Source of the DNA: Octopus sinensis
Lineage: Eukaryota
Assembly: GCF_006345805.1 (NCBI RefSeq)
Contig: NC_043005.1
Span: forward strand, 56,172,001 to 56,236,000
Length of the DNA stretch: 64,000 bases
Reading direction: 5' to 3'
Shown: positions 12,510-24,303 of the stretch, piece after piece
How positions within the stretch are numbered: position 1 is the stretch's first letter
Layout of the letters: each line of letters starts with the position of its first letter
Position numbers and translations under genes: made by a program
The notes under the pieces: model-generated
What the model saw: the letters and a program-made list of their open reading frames with translations, nothing else
The model's database searches: none
What the model was told of the DNA's origin: nothing

Positions 12510-13456
12510 AAGGGTCAGCAAGCGTACGTTAGTTTATATAGGGTGGTGGAAGTTGTGGGGGGGAGTAGGAAGTAGGGAGTCTTGGCTAGGCAGGTGGTAA
12601 TCGAAAGAGAGTGAGATATAGACACAGAGTGACAACTGATAGAGAGAGAGAGACACATAGTGATAAAGAGAGGGGAGACACGACATGAACCGCTGCAAAC
12701 TGGCAACCATGCGCTAGGAATTAAGAGACAGAGTGAAGGCCGATAGATGAGCCAGTGGGGTGGGTGTGGGGGTCTTCCCGGAGGAATGGTTCCGGGATTT
12801 GGAGAAAGACAAGATTTGAGACGAAAGACTTTGTGATCATGTGATAAATTTTCATGAGTGAAAGAATATGTTGCAAATTAAGGAAATGCGTGAGCTAGGG
12901 TTTAAGATGAAAAGACATCGACAGTAAGATGAAAGTATAGAACTATATTTACATGATGGCCATGGTGCAGGAGTAGACAGAATAGCGAGAAAATAATAAT
13001 AAGGGTTTATGATGATAATACTCGCAAAAATACAATGAAAGGTAAGTAACAAGTTGAAAGCTTAAATCTTTTATCTGAAATTTTTCATCCTCTGAGATTC
13101 GTGTTTTACAGTGAGGGTATCGAAGTCAATAGAAGGGTCAGCAAGCGTGCATTAGTTTATATAGGGTGGTGGAAGTTGTGGTGGTCGGGGAGTAGGAAGT
13201 AGGGAGTCTTGGTTAGGCAGGTGGTAATCGAAAGAGAGTGAGATATAGACACAGACAGAGTAATGCCCGATAGAGAGAGAGAGACACACATAGTGATAGA
13301 TAAATTTTCATGAGTGAAAGAATATGTTGCAAATTAAGGAAATGCGTGAGCCAGGGTTTAAGATGAAAAGACATCGACAGTAAGACGAAAGTATAGAACT
13401 ATATTTACATGATGGCATGGTGCAGGAGTAGACAGAATAGCGAGAAAATAATAATA
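12510..13456. mobile_element. Partial tandem repeat element (623-bp period) inserted in a microsatellite; Penelope-like pseudo-LTR architecture
   Basis: Copy 1 starts at 12510 and copy 2 at 13133. Copy 2 lacks about 175 bp and is truncated at 13456. Differences are mainly transitions. Flanked by (TA)n and (TG)n. Confidence 0.55.
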
Positions 13457-14635
13457 CGTGTGTGTATGTGTGTAGATATTTTATTTATTTATTCATTGAT
13501 TCAGCTTCTGTTCAGCTTGTTTATACTGGTTTGTTTGGGATGGTCTCAGTAGAAAAGTAATTTGTGGGTTGTCTGTTAATAAGGGTTCTTTTATTTGAAT
13601 TAAATCTCTGTCTCTCTCATTTAAGAGATTGTATACAGCATTTATTATCTATCATGTAATCACAAAGAAAAGTATAAACTGAATCATATACCCAAAGATC
13701 AGTTTTGTCAAAGAATCAGAGTGACCTCACACAAAGACTCCCAATTACTAATCACTATACTTAACCATTCTAAGTATTAATTTCCCCCCGGTATTTGTAG
13801 AAAGTATGTGAAGTGAACTAAACACAACAATAGAATCAACTAGATTTATGTGGTAACAATAAAACAGAACCATTCCATTCAGAGGAAATACAATAAAGGA
13901 AATGTAATGAATGTGTTAATTTAATAATTCTATTAAATATTTTATATTGTTGAAGAATTTCTTTGCGTTCTAAAATTTAACTTGACTGTTCTCTAATAAA
14001 ATTCTCTGCTCTTATCATTTCTGAACTTAATTCTCTTAGTTGTAGTAAGTATGGTGCTAGTAGAACTACTACCATGGTTCAACAGATTGATACTTTATGT
14101 TGGCTACTTCATCTAATTGAAGGCAAAAGCCATTAAGTTTCATATGTTTTAGTTGTTGTTATTGTTGTTGACTGTTATTGATTGCTTCCTTCCTCAGTTC
14201 CATTTCAGCTAATATGAATAGTCAGCTGTTCTTTCTTCTCTCTCTCTCTCTCTCTCTCTTATTTATTGGTACAGTTGATTTCCTCTAACTTTGGTTTTCT
14301 CCTTTTATCTATTCTTAAATCAACAACTAATTGATAGTCTGCAATCAGCATTAACCTCAACTAGAGATTTTCAAGATGTGCATCTGGACAACTTTCTAGA
14401 GTTCATAGCTACCACAAGCCACATAAAGAACTCCATTTTATATTCTTTTGAAGTAATCTCGTTATAGTTAGTCCTGATTTTCTCAAGTTTTATTTACTAA
14501 ATAGATTAAGCTTTGTTACTTTTCTTTAAAAAAGATATTGGACTTGTTTAAGAATTAATAAAATCTATGATGGAGTCTGTATGTGACCTGCTAGAAATAG
14601 CAATTAAATGTTGAAATCACATCATACCACCTTAT

Positions 14636-14848
14636 CCCTTTGTTACCATACTTCTGTTGAAATATATACATTGTCTTGTTTTAATTTTTTAAATAATGAA
14701 GAATTTAGTAAAATAATTTTGTCTTTATTAGTCTGGCATTTGGAATAAATTATCATAAATTTTAAATGGAAGGTTTGAGATCACTTTAAAACAAGGAATT
14801 TGTATCATAGAATCTGGGGTGATCTTAGGTAGGTTGGTATCAAAAGAG
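14636..14848. mobile_element. piggyBac-type MITE, family 1, decayed
   Basis: ccctttgttacc...ggtatcaaaagag termini and the shared internal gaagaatttagtaaaataa. Confidence 0.65.
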
Positions 14849-15099
14849 TAAAGGATAGGCTGAGCAAGGTTTGAATGCCTTTGATCAGTGAGGGTTGACC
14901 TGAGGGTTAAACAACTATTAATCTTTAAATTATAAGTAATTGTTTCTAAGAAATACTATGCAGCTGGATATTGAACTTTTAAATCCATTTCTGTTTTCTC
15001 TTCAGACAACAAAATAACATTTTCTTGATTTCTTTAGCATAATTAAAACAGATAATTCTTGACATGGCAAATTATTCTACTCTTATTGTATTACTATAT

Positions 15100-15370
15100 C
15101 GACCAGACAATCAAATGTTGTTATATACTGCTGGTTGCAATGCATTTCTTCACATTATTGTTGTAACTTTCAAATGATGCTGCAGCTAGGCCAACATTCC
15201 CCTTGAACAAAACACCAGTCTCTTGCAGTGTTACTCATTTACAGCTGAGTTGACTGGAGCTATGTGAAAGGAAGTGTTTTGATGAACACAACACACCATC
15301 AGTCTGGGAATTGAAACCACGACCATGTGATCATGAGTGTGACACCCTAATCACTAGGTCACATACCTTC
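15100..15370 (-). mobile_element. tRNA-derived SINE family C, antisense, decayed
   Basis: cagctgagttgactggagc...accctaatcactaggtcac. Confidence 0.65.
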
Positions 15371-17827
15371 ACTTTCTTATTGTATATGTTTCTAACCAGC
15401 TCCCTCCCACCTAATATATGCTGTATATATGTTAGTATGAGAGACCATCCATACACTTGTTTCCTTAGAATTTAGATAACTGAAATCAATGATGATGATG
15501 ATGAGATCAACTAACAAGAGAGTTTCTACCTGTTTGCTCAGCTGCAAGAAATAGTAGCCAAAATTGTCCTCAAATGACAACATTCTTTCATGAAAAGAGA
15601 ACATGTTGGCTAATTTAGTTCAAAATACACTGTTGCTGGGGAAAAAAAAGGATGTTCCTTGCTTCAGTTCATTAAATTATAGAATGTAGATTGGCAGAAT
15701 CTTAGAATATAAGACAAAGTACCTTGTGGTATTTCTTCCTGCTGTTTGTACTCTGAGTTTAAATACCACCAAGGTCAACATTGTCTTTTATACTTTCATG
15801 ATTGATAAGATAAAGTGTTTGTGAAGTACTGTTAGCAACTCATGGCCTCCTCTCAGAATTTATGTCCTTATGTCTAAATTAGAAATAATTTTAGGACTAC
15901 ATGACCAGCATTCAATTGCCTGAGGGTCAATAGCAAAAATTACTGAATAGTTATATCGACTCAACTTTGAACATAATGGTTGTGAGTATCTAACTTAATG
16001 GTTGTGAGTAGTTATTTTCACTTAACTGTAGTCCTCATTGATATGACCCTACAACATCTCTCATTCTCTCTCTATCTTAGTATAGAGGTGTGTGAATATG
16101 GAAATCTTTAACTGGAAATGTTAACTCTTTTAAATCTTAACATGCATCAGATGTTTGACATCATTAAGTAAAGAAAATTTAGTCCAAATTCAAGAATGGT
16201 GCATTCAGTTTTACTAATGAGATGAAGTTCAAGTGAAAAGTATAGAAACAGTGTGTTGCATACAGCCTCTATCAGCAAGGAAAAGCATCATCATCAAGCT
16301 AAATTATATATAGCTTGCATTGATCAAGGCTGACCATGCCTCTGCACAAGTATATGTAGGCCTGAACAAGACGTTATGAGGAAAGCTAGCAGTTGTCCAA
16401 ACAGGAAAGTTTCCCTTCTCCTTTTGCACTAATGTTTATCCAAAGGAAGGCCAATGCTTTGGGTCTGCTAGTGTCATTGTGAGTGTTGTTGTGATAATGC
16501 AAAAATCCAGGCTAATTCTAGCTAATTTTACTGACCTTCTAATAGTTATGTCAATCCATCATCCTGGAGTAGTACTATTTTATCAACTCTGTAAAGATGA
16601 AAAGTGATGTCACTGGGATTTAAACTCAGTACAGACAAAACTTCATGAGACATACTATCCAATTTTCTAACAACACTGCCAATTCACTTTCTTAAATATA
16701 TATTTTCCTTCTATTATAATTCCATTCACATTTAGAATGGGTTATAGTAATATAAATTGACTCCAGTTCTTGACTGATACTTTATTTTTATTAGGTCCAG
16801 AAGGATGTAAGATCTTAGCTGATTTGAACTTAAAACACCATAGCTAAATACTGTAAGGCATTTTGTCCAGTGCTCTAATGATTCTGCAGATCTATTGCCT
16901 AACTAATACCATCAAGCAAACTAATAAATGATATGTGCTGAGTGAAAGGGTGCTATATGCTAATAGTGAAGGATATTTTTGGGAGAGGAAGACCTAGGAA
17001 CATTTAGAAACAAGTTGTTAGGTCAGATCTGAGTGGAAAATTTTACAGATAACAGAATAATGGTATGATAGGTGGTATGCTGTCTGCCAGATCTTTAAAA
17101 TCCAGACCAGAGAGAAAAATGGATATTAATATGATGATGAAGGTGAAGATGGTGGCAGTGGTGACTCCTTCTCCTCCCCCTCTCTTGCTAGAATAGTTGT
17201 GTGAAGCTGGAAGAACATGTTTTTCAGCTGTTATAACAAGCTTTGGTTCTTGAGAATATTTTCAATTTCAAAATTATTTAAAAATTTTTTTCAAAGTCTG
17301 AAATCTAGCTTCATGAAAATTCTTTGATATTTTGCATCTCATGATGTGCATATCATATATTCATTGTTGTAATTTGATATAAATTATGAATTGAGATTTG
17401 ACACCATAATACTGCTTTTAACCCTTAGCTGTTTGCTGTTTGTGTACACCTATGCTTCCATTCTCATGACAGTTGATTCACAGCGTATATGGCAGCAATA
17501 TTATACCTACATTAACAATAGGATTTATGAAAAATATGTTTGTTTTGCAGCTCAAATTTTGTGCAGTTTCCTCCATGGTAGATTATTATGGGAACTTTTA
17601 TTTCATACTGATGTATTTGAAATTGTAATTAGTTTATATCAGTATGTGGTGCCTGACATAATAAATCAATAGACAATGTGAGACAGGCACAAGCAAAGTC
17701 AAAACTCTGGTCTAGTCTGTTTATCTTTCATGATAGCTATCAAGACAATTGCAAAATCCCAAATGATTTTTGAATGACTATATCAAAGAATTTTGAATAA
17801 CTATATCAAAGAATTTTGAAAGGTTAA

Positions 17828-18033
17828 CTCTTTTGTTATCATATTTCTGTTGCAATACACAGCCTATGTTTCAAAGAATTTTGAAAAGGATTTAATAATT
17901 TAGTAAAATAACTTTGCCATTATTAAGCTGATGTTTGGAACATCAAGTAAAAGTTTTAACTTAGATCTCTTTAAAATTAGAGGTTTGTATCATAGGACAA
18001 GGGGTGGTTTCAGGCTGGTTGGTATTGAACAAG
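17828..18033. mobile_element. piggyBac-type MITE, family 1, decayed
   Basis: TTAA on both sides and degenerate TIRs. Shares the internal aatttagtaaaataact...attaagct with 29312-29524. Confidence 0.7.
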
Positions 18034-18410
18034 TTAAACTGATTGAAGAAATTGGCAGCTTGACATTTGCTGAAGAAGCATATTTGTGATCAACACTATT
18101 TCATACTGAACCTAATTACAATTACAGGATCACTGGAAGATTGTGTATGCATCTCAAAGTTATCAGCATATTATAATCAGCTGAGTTCTAAGATTTAAAA
18201 CACATTAAAGCTGATTGTATCAAAAACCTTCAGAATTTATACTAGATCAAAACCATAAAATGGTTTACTCCATTTTCTAAAATTGTTAAAAACATACACT
18301 GTTAAGATGACCTGTGTTATATGATAACATGTTGAATAAATAACAATTCAAACTTGCAACAAAAATTATCTGTTGTTGTGAGCATTTGTTATATGATAGG
18401 AGAGTAATAA

Positions 18411-18621
18411 CTCTTTGCATTCAGATTTCCTGTTCAAATGTGATTCTTATTTATTCTTATTGTTTTGAATTAATCATAGCTTGTAACTTTGAGACTTCTA
18501 AGAGTCATTGTTTATTTCTTGGAATATTGCAGAGTAAGTGTGAGAGACCAGATCTGGCTAGTTTGAACATAAAGCATGTAGAATATTTGGGTCGGATACA
18601 GCTTGTTTAAATGCTACAGGG
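18411..18621. mobile_element. piggyBac-type MITE, family 2
   Basis: ctctttgcattcaga...aatgctacaggg. Internal gtgtgagagaccagatctggctagtttgaacataaa is shared with the other copies. Confidence 0.65.
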
Positions 18622-20544
18622 ATGAAGATATAATTTTTAGCTTCTTTGTCTGAAGCATTTATATTTGGAGTGAATGCTTTCTTTTTTTAAAGCATTCACT
18701 CTTTTATTGTTTATTTTAAAACTACCCTTAAATCCTTATTTCAAAGCAACCCTAAAAACATTTATTCAATTAGATTATAAAATTTCCAAGGGTTTCTAGT
18801 CATAGTTGTGCAGTTAGAAGGTTCACTTCACAGATATGCAGTCATGTGTTTGATCACAATTTACGGCACACTGGGCCTGTGTATTCTTTTATAACCTCTA
18901 CTGTACCAATACCTTGGGAGTGAAATTTGGCAGACAGTGACTGTATGGCAGCTATTGTGTGTAGGTATGTGTATTCGTGTCTGTCACTTTGTGTATCTTT
19001 AACTAATGTATAAGGCAGCAAGCCAGTAGTATTGTTAGAATGCCAGGCAAAATGCTTAGCAATATTTCATCCGTCTTTATGTTCGGAGTTCAAAATCTGC
19101 CTAGGTTGACTTTGCCTTTCATTATTTCAGGGTCAATAAAATAAGTACCAGTTGAGCACTGGGATTGGTGTAATTGGCTTAACTACTCTTGGGTATGAGT
19201 TTAAAAAAACTGCATCCTTCTATCAATCCATATCTAGCCAGTGTGACAGAGTAAGCTTATAAAAGCTCAAATTCACAGCGTCCACATCAGACTGTGGTTC
19301 GTGGAGTGTACATGCTGAGGCCTTTGTCTTGCAGTGGACTGAACATGGGCAATCCAATCCAATTCAGTTCAACCAATGTGTATCGGCAAAAAGTACAAAC
19401 ATTGGTGTGGAAACCGAAAAAACTGACACCCTTTGAACGCATTCCTTTGTAATATTTGTTCTGCACTAAGTTGCAGACACTCCCTTGTCACACCTGTCAT
19501 CAGATAAGCAGTGAGCCAGTGATTAGCCTGTTAAAACATCTAAGAAACTTCACTATTAATATTGCAATGTTTGAAATAATTTTGGAAGTTCACCATAGAT
19601 TTGTTGAGTGGGTGTAGTGTAATTTAAATGAATCACCAGCAGAAATCACAAGACTACAGAGGATTGATAGGAAAAGTTAATTTCATGAGGATATAAGCTC
19701 TGGATTTACTGGGATGAAAGTAAGTATTACCAGAAATTTTAGAATGACTACAGATAAAAATCAAACGTCAGCAAATATCAAAATCTTCCAAATTCCATTA
19801 GTGAATAGAGGTCATACATAGAAGTTATTTAGGATGAGAATTATGACAAACTTATAAAGCTGCACAGATTACATAATAACTGAGGCTGACTACTAAGTTG
19901 GATTGTTAAATTTAAAACAAACAAACAAACAAACCATCTCAGTAAGCTACCAGCTGAAGAATAGTTTTGATAAATTCTGCAATAATTTGAAATTTGAGAC
20001 TACAATTTCATAGGCTATTTTAAGCCAAGCATAAAAGAAACAGCAAAGCTCTTTCTTTCTAAATAATATACTTTTTATTCTTGAATTCCAAAAATTGTTT
20101 AAATCTTTCTTAATAATGCATGTATACATACACACTGATACTTGCACATGTGCATTTATATATGTAAAGACTGGTTTATAACACTTTGATATATATATAT
20201 ATATATATACACACATATGAACTAGATTTGTCATTTACTCTAAAAATCGGAAAGTAGGGCACCTCTTTTCTAATAAGTTATACAAACAACAGCAGTAGAC
20301 AAGACACCTGACACTGCAATAGATTGGATATCACAGCCAAACCCAGTGAAGGTTGTTCTGACAAGGGACCTCACACTGGGATAACCAATTTAGTATAAGA
20401 ATTTATTTGCTTCTACAATTGTTAACAATGTCAGAATATCTCTCACAATACTGAAACCGCTATGAATTTCAACCAATAGCTTAAACTGCATTTTAGACAT
20501 AATAAAAGCAATTTTTTTTTGTGGGTAGGGTAGTGGGAATCACA

Positions 20545-20940
20545 GGCATGGCTGTGTGGTTGAGAAGTACACTTTTCAACCACATGGCTTCAAGTTCAGT
20601 CCTACTCTGCAGCATTGTAGACAAATGTCTTCTATAACTCTTTGGTGGTTTGACCAAAGCTTTGTGAATGTGGATTTGCTCGACAGAAACTGAAAGATGC
20701 CTTTCTCATATGTACACATGTATACACATGCACACACATACACATTTGTTTACATTTGCAGCTCTTCAAAAATCACTGGACTAGTGACATAATTGTGATT
20801 TTCCCTGTTGACAAATCATCTGCTGGCTTTGTGCCGTCAAGGATGAAGAGATCTAATTTAAGAATAATGAATAAAAGATTCCTTACTTGAAAAACTAGTA
20901 AGGATTTGTGACAGGAATAGCATCCAACTATAAAAAAATT
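20545..20940 (+). mobile_element. SINE family A head with RTE-type tail, decayed
   Basis: ggcatggctgtgtggttgagaag head and aggaatagcatccaactataaaa tail. Confidence 0.6.
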
Positions 20941-20961
20941 GCTTCAGTAATATATTCATCT

Positions 20962-21225
20962 GTGGAGGCATGTGGCTTAGTGGTTAGGGTGTCAGTACCA
21001 TGATCATAAGATTGTGGTTTCAATTCCTGGACTGGGCGATGCATTGTGTTCTTAAGAAAAACACTTCATTTCACATTGCTCCAGTCCACTCAGCTGGCAA
21101 AAATGAGCAACGCTGCGATGGACTGGCATCCTGTCCAGCTGGGGAGCACATATGCCATAGAAATCGGAAAACTGGGCCCATGAGCCTGGCTAGGCTTTAA
21201 AAGGGCGCATTTATTTTATTTATTT
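20962..21225 (+). mobile_element. tRNA-derived SINE family C
   Basis: tRNA-like head gtggcttagtggttagggtg...ggtttcaattcctgg, core cacattgctccagtccactcagctg, (TTTA)n tail. Confidence 0.8.
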
Positions 21226-21835
21226 AATATATTCATCAATCTGATGCTAACATGGTAAAACTGACGTAAAACAAATGCAAAATACCTTGTCTTTATATAC
21301 AATATCATTTTTGAGGAGAAAAAGGAGCAGCCAGTTTTAGGCATACTATGTTTGAATAAAAGATATGATTACAGCTGAAATGCTCTTGCTTGTAGGTATT
21401 CTGAATCAGTGCTTAACTGATAATAAACAACACTAAAGGGTTTCTTTGTCCCCATGAAATGTACATTGTATGAAATATTTGTGTGATATTGCAGAATATC
21501 TACGCTAGAGGGATATTAGAAATAAAATCTTGAAAACTGGTGATGGTGTGCATCAGTCACAATTAGTTCATAGAAAGTTCATGCAAGATTCCAGTAAGTT
21601 CAGATGTTCTGAAGAATGAAGAATTTGTAGAACCCATACCAAAGCAGGCATTAGAGCTTGGCGCAGACTTCAGGTTCATCAGTTCATGTCAAATTGACTA
21701 ATCTATGCCAGCATGGAAAATGTTGGACTCATGATTGTAAGAGTGTGGTTTCAGTTGCTAGACTGGGTGATATGTTGTGTCCTTGAGCAAAATACTTCAT
21801 TTCATGTTGCTCCAGTCCACTCCAGTCCACTCAGC

Positions 21836-22231
21836 AGTCTCCTTTAGAGAGACTTAGAAATAATAATATTTCTATTTTTGAAAACCAGTGGATGTATTCC
21901 ATTGAAATTAGGTAAATAATCCTTCGAAGAGATGGTCAGCAGCGACACCTGCTGGGTTCAGCTACTCTGCATTGATAAAGGGCAAATACCCTGAAACATG
22001 TCTGCAGATGCCTGACCAGCAGGGGAAAGCGGCTGACCTCCCCTGTTTGAAGGTTATAATGGACACAGGTTCGTGTGTCATATAGCTTGCTAGAGGCAAT
22101 GGCCTCTTGGAGCTAATCAATGGCAGCTTTCATCCTATATTTATGGACTACCATATTAGTTTGGCAATAACTATTAATATCCAGTACTGCTGCCGTAGTC
22201 TCCTTTAGAGAGAGTTAGAAATAATAATATT

Positions 22232-22238
<7 letters not shown>
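21836..22238 (+). mobile_element. Penelope pseudo-LTR / retrozyme-like unit (361-bp period, about 1.1 copies) carrying the hammerhead motif
   Basis: A 42-bp direct repeat, agtctcctttagagaga(c/g)ttagaaataataatatttctattt, at 21836-21877 and 22197-22238 (1 mismatch) flanks a higher-GC non-coding body. Ends in (TA)n. Confidence 0.6.
21966..22008 (+). ncRNA. Minimal type I hammerhead ribozyme-like motif (U3-A8 variant, GUC triplet)
   Basis: TCTGCA-TTGATAA-AGGG(CAAATA)CCCT-GAA-ACATGT-C-TGCAGA. Helix I 6 bp; core UUGAUAA with C3/G8 jointly changed to U3/A8; helix II 4 bp; GAAA; palindromic helix III ACAUGU; cleavage triplet GUC. Confidence 0.75.
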
Positions 22239-22269
<31 letters not shown>

Positions 22270-22274
<5 letters not shown>

Positions 22275-22550
22275 GTAAATGTAATATGTGACAATTATTC
22301 GGTAGCCATAATAAAACTCCGAGTTTCGGATGCCAAGGTGGAGATCCACTCTGCCATCTCTTCATTTATCCGGCCATCAGAAAAATACTATAAAAAATGA
22401 CTGTTATACAAAGGGAAATTCTCGGCATCCGAAACTCAGAGTTTTATCATGGCTACCGAATAATTGTCACATATTACATTTACAGATAAATTCCTCTATT
22501 TATATAATATCGAGGTCTCTTTCATTCTTTTGTTGTCTTACTATTTTTAT

Positions 22551-22552
<2 letters not shown>
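22270..22552 (-). mobile_element. Inverted-repeat element embedded in (TA)n; Penelope-like inverted pseudo-LTR or MITE
   Basis: 68-bp inverted arms at 22270-22337 and 22421-22488 (65/68 identical) with an 83-bp spacer, followed by about 60 bp of unique tail. (TA)n on both sides. Confidence 0.7.
22310..22370 (-). ncRNA. Hammerhead ribozyme-like motif with long helix II (one core substitution)
   Basis: Minus strand GATAA-ATGAAGA-GATG(GCAGAGTGGATCTCCACCTTGG)CATC-C-GAA-ACTCGGAGT-T-TTATT. C3 is replaced by A (position 22365), there is one extra C before GAAA, and helix III is quasi-palindromic. The right arm reads TTATC, the perfect partner of GATAA. Confidence 0.5.
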
Positions 22553-22596
<44 letters not shown>

Positions 22597-22807
22597 TTGT
22601 CTCAAGTTGCAGTTGTGGAGTACTCAGCCATTTGTGAGTTAATTTTATTCTCGTGTGATAATGAAAAGTGAAACTGACAGCCAATATTTGCTGTGTCTAT
22701 GTATCTATGTATGAATTGTCTCTCTCTCTTTCTCTTCCTTTGTGTCCCACTTCTCTGCTGCTTTTGATTGTATATGTATCTATGTATCTACTTCTCTTGC
22801 GATGTGA

Positions 22808-23030
22808 TAAACATTTAAAAACACAAAACAAATGCCGTCACCATTCACTGTCTCTTTCACTTTTTCTCACTCTCTTTCTTTCTCTCTTACAACCTCTCTG
22901 AAACATTTAAAAACACAGAACAAATGCCACTGTCTCTTTCATTCTTTCTCTCATTTCTTTCTCTTTTACTTCCCCTCTGAAACACTTAAAAGAACAAAAC
23001 GAATCCCATCACCACTGATATCTCCTTCAC
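22808..23030 (+). repeat. Three about 80-90-bp subunits (aaacatttaaaaacacaaaacaa...) within a larger unclassified repeat
   Basis: Units start near 22808, 22899 and 22978. A single unit also occurs at about 4455. Confidence 0.6.
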
Positions 23031-24246
23031 TCTCTCTCTTTCTCTCTCACTCTCTCTCTCACTCCCCCTCTCTTTCTCTCATATTTCCTCTCTCTCCTCC
23101 TCTCTCTCACTTTGCCACTTCAAAGAAGTGTGACGCACACAACAGGTACGTACAAAAACAAAAATTTAGCATATTAATATTATTGATTGTAGTGGCGTGC
23201 ATAATGTTTGCCCACAATGACTGAAGTTAATGTGATGTCTGTGAAGTTAATGTGTTAAAATACCAGCCACGTGGTCATAAATCCAAACCTTTTTCTTCTA
23301 TTGTTCTAAGCCCTACACATATATTGTGTTTCGTGAGTAATGAACTTTGTCTGTATGGCATTTGGTTTTGCCTGTTGCACTCATATTGCTTTACAACACT
23401 TCCCATTGTTACACTTCATGACTGAAGTATCCACTATTGAAAAAGCAATTTTAGTAGTGTAAAAGAAAAAAATTATATATCAAATAGTAAAAAAAAAAAA
23501 AATTCTATCTTTCAGAAAATTAATAGGAATTTTAGAAATATTTTAACACTTTTCGTGTCCTTTTTTCCAGTGAAATACATTGCCTTTGTATTTCAATTGA
23601 CTTAGAAAATAATTGAAGAATTTTGAGAGAGTTAGTAAAGTAACTAATATTTTTTCTTAAGTTAGTGTTTGAGACCTTAGCAAAAAAGGTCTTATATAAA
23701 ATCATGATGCAACATTTGAATTGAAATATGAACTCGTGGGGTTTTTTTTTTCAGTATGAGTTGTTGGAATCAGAAATAGTTAATGTTAGCACATAACTCT
23801 CAGTTGTTATATTGTATCTTTGGACTCCTGACTTTTAACAGACATTTTTCTTGCTAGCAAAAGTTATTTCTTTGGAAGGGCTTTTATTTCTTTCTTTTAT
23901 TTCACCATATACTTTCCTTTTACACCTCTGTATGCAAAAATAAATAAGAGAGAACAGTAAATCAGAAATATTTCAGCCTTAAAATGTTCTACTGGTGCAT
24001 CTAACAGAATCTATGTTAGTGCAGAAAACAAGGTTGAGATTCAGTGAATTGAACGTTACATTCTGAAATCTACTTTCTTTTCTGAATTCTTTTGCTTAAT
24101 CCTTCACACTTTTTACTTACTCTCCTCTTCTTCTTTGGTCATGATTCATATTAAAAATCTTTTATTCATTTTTCTATCTTTCATATCCACTGCCAAGTAA
24201 GAATTTTACTAATTTTTTTTCTAATTTTTTTTATTTTTAAATATAG

Positions 24247-24303
24247 TAGTAAATATATAAAATGTATATCTTTTGATCTGAGACAAATTTTCCAGCTTCA
24301 ATG
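24247..24303 (+). other. Candidate start-codon exon of the syntrophin gene (ends in ATG, phase 0)
   Basis: Long T-rich tract, then tag|tag (24246/24249) or ttttccag (24295) acceptors. Ends ATG|gtaagg (24301-24309), which would give M-IKQG in frame with 48515. Could be chance. Confidence 0.25.
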
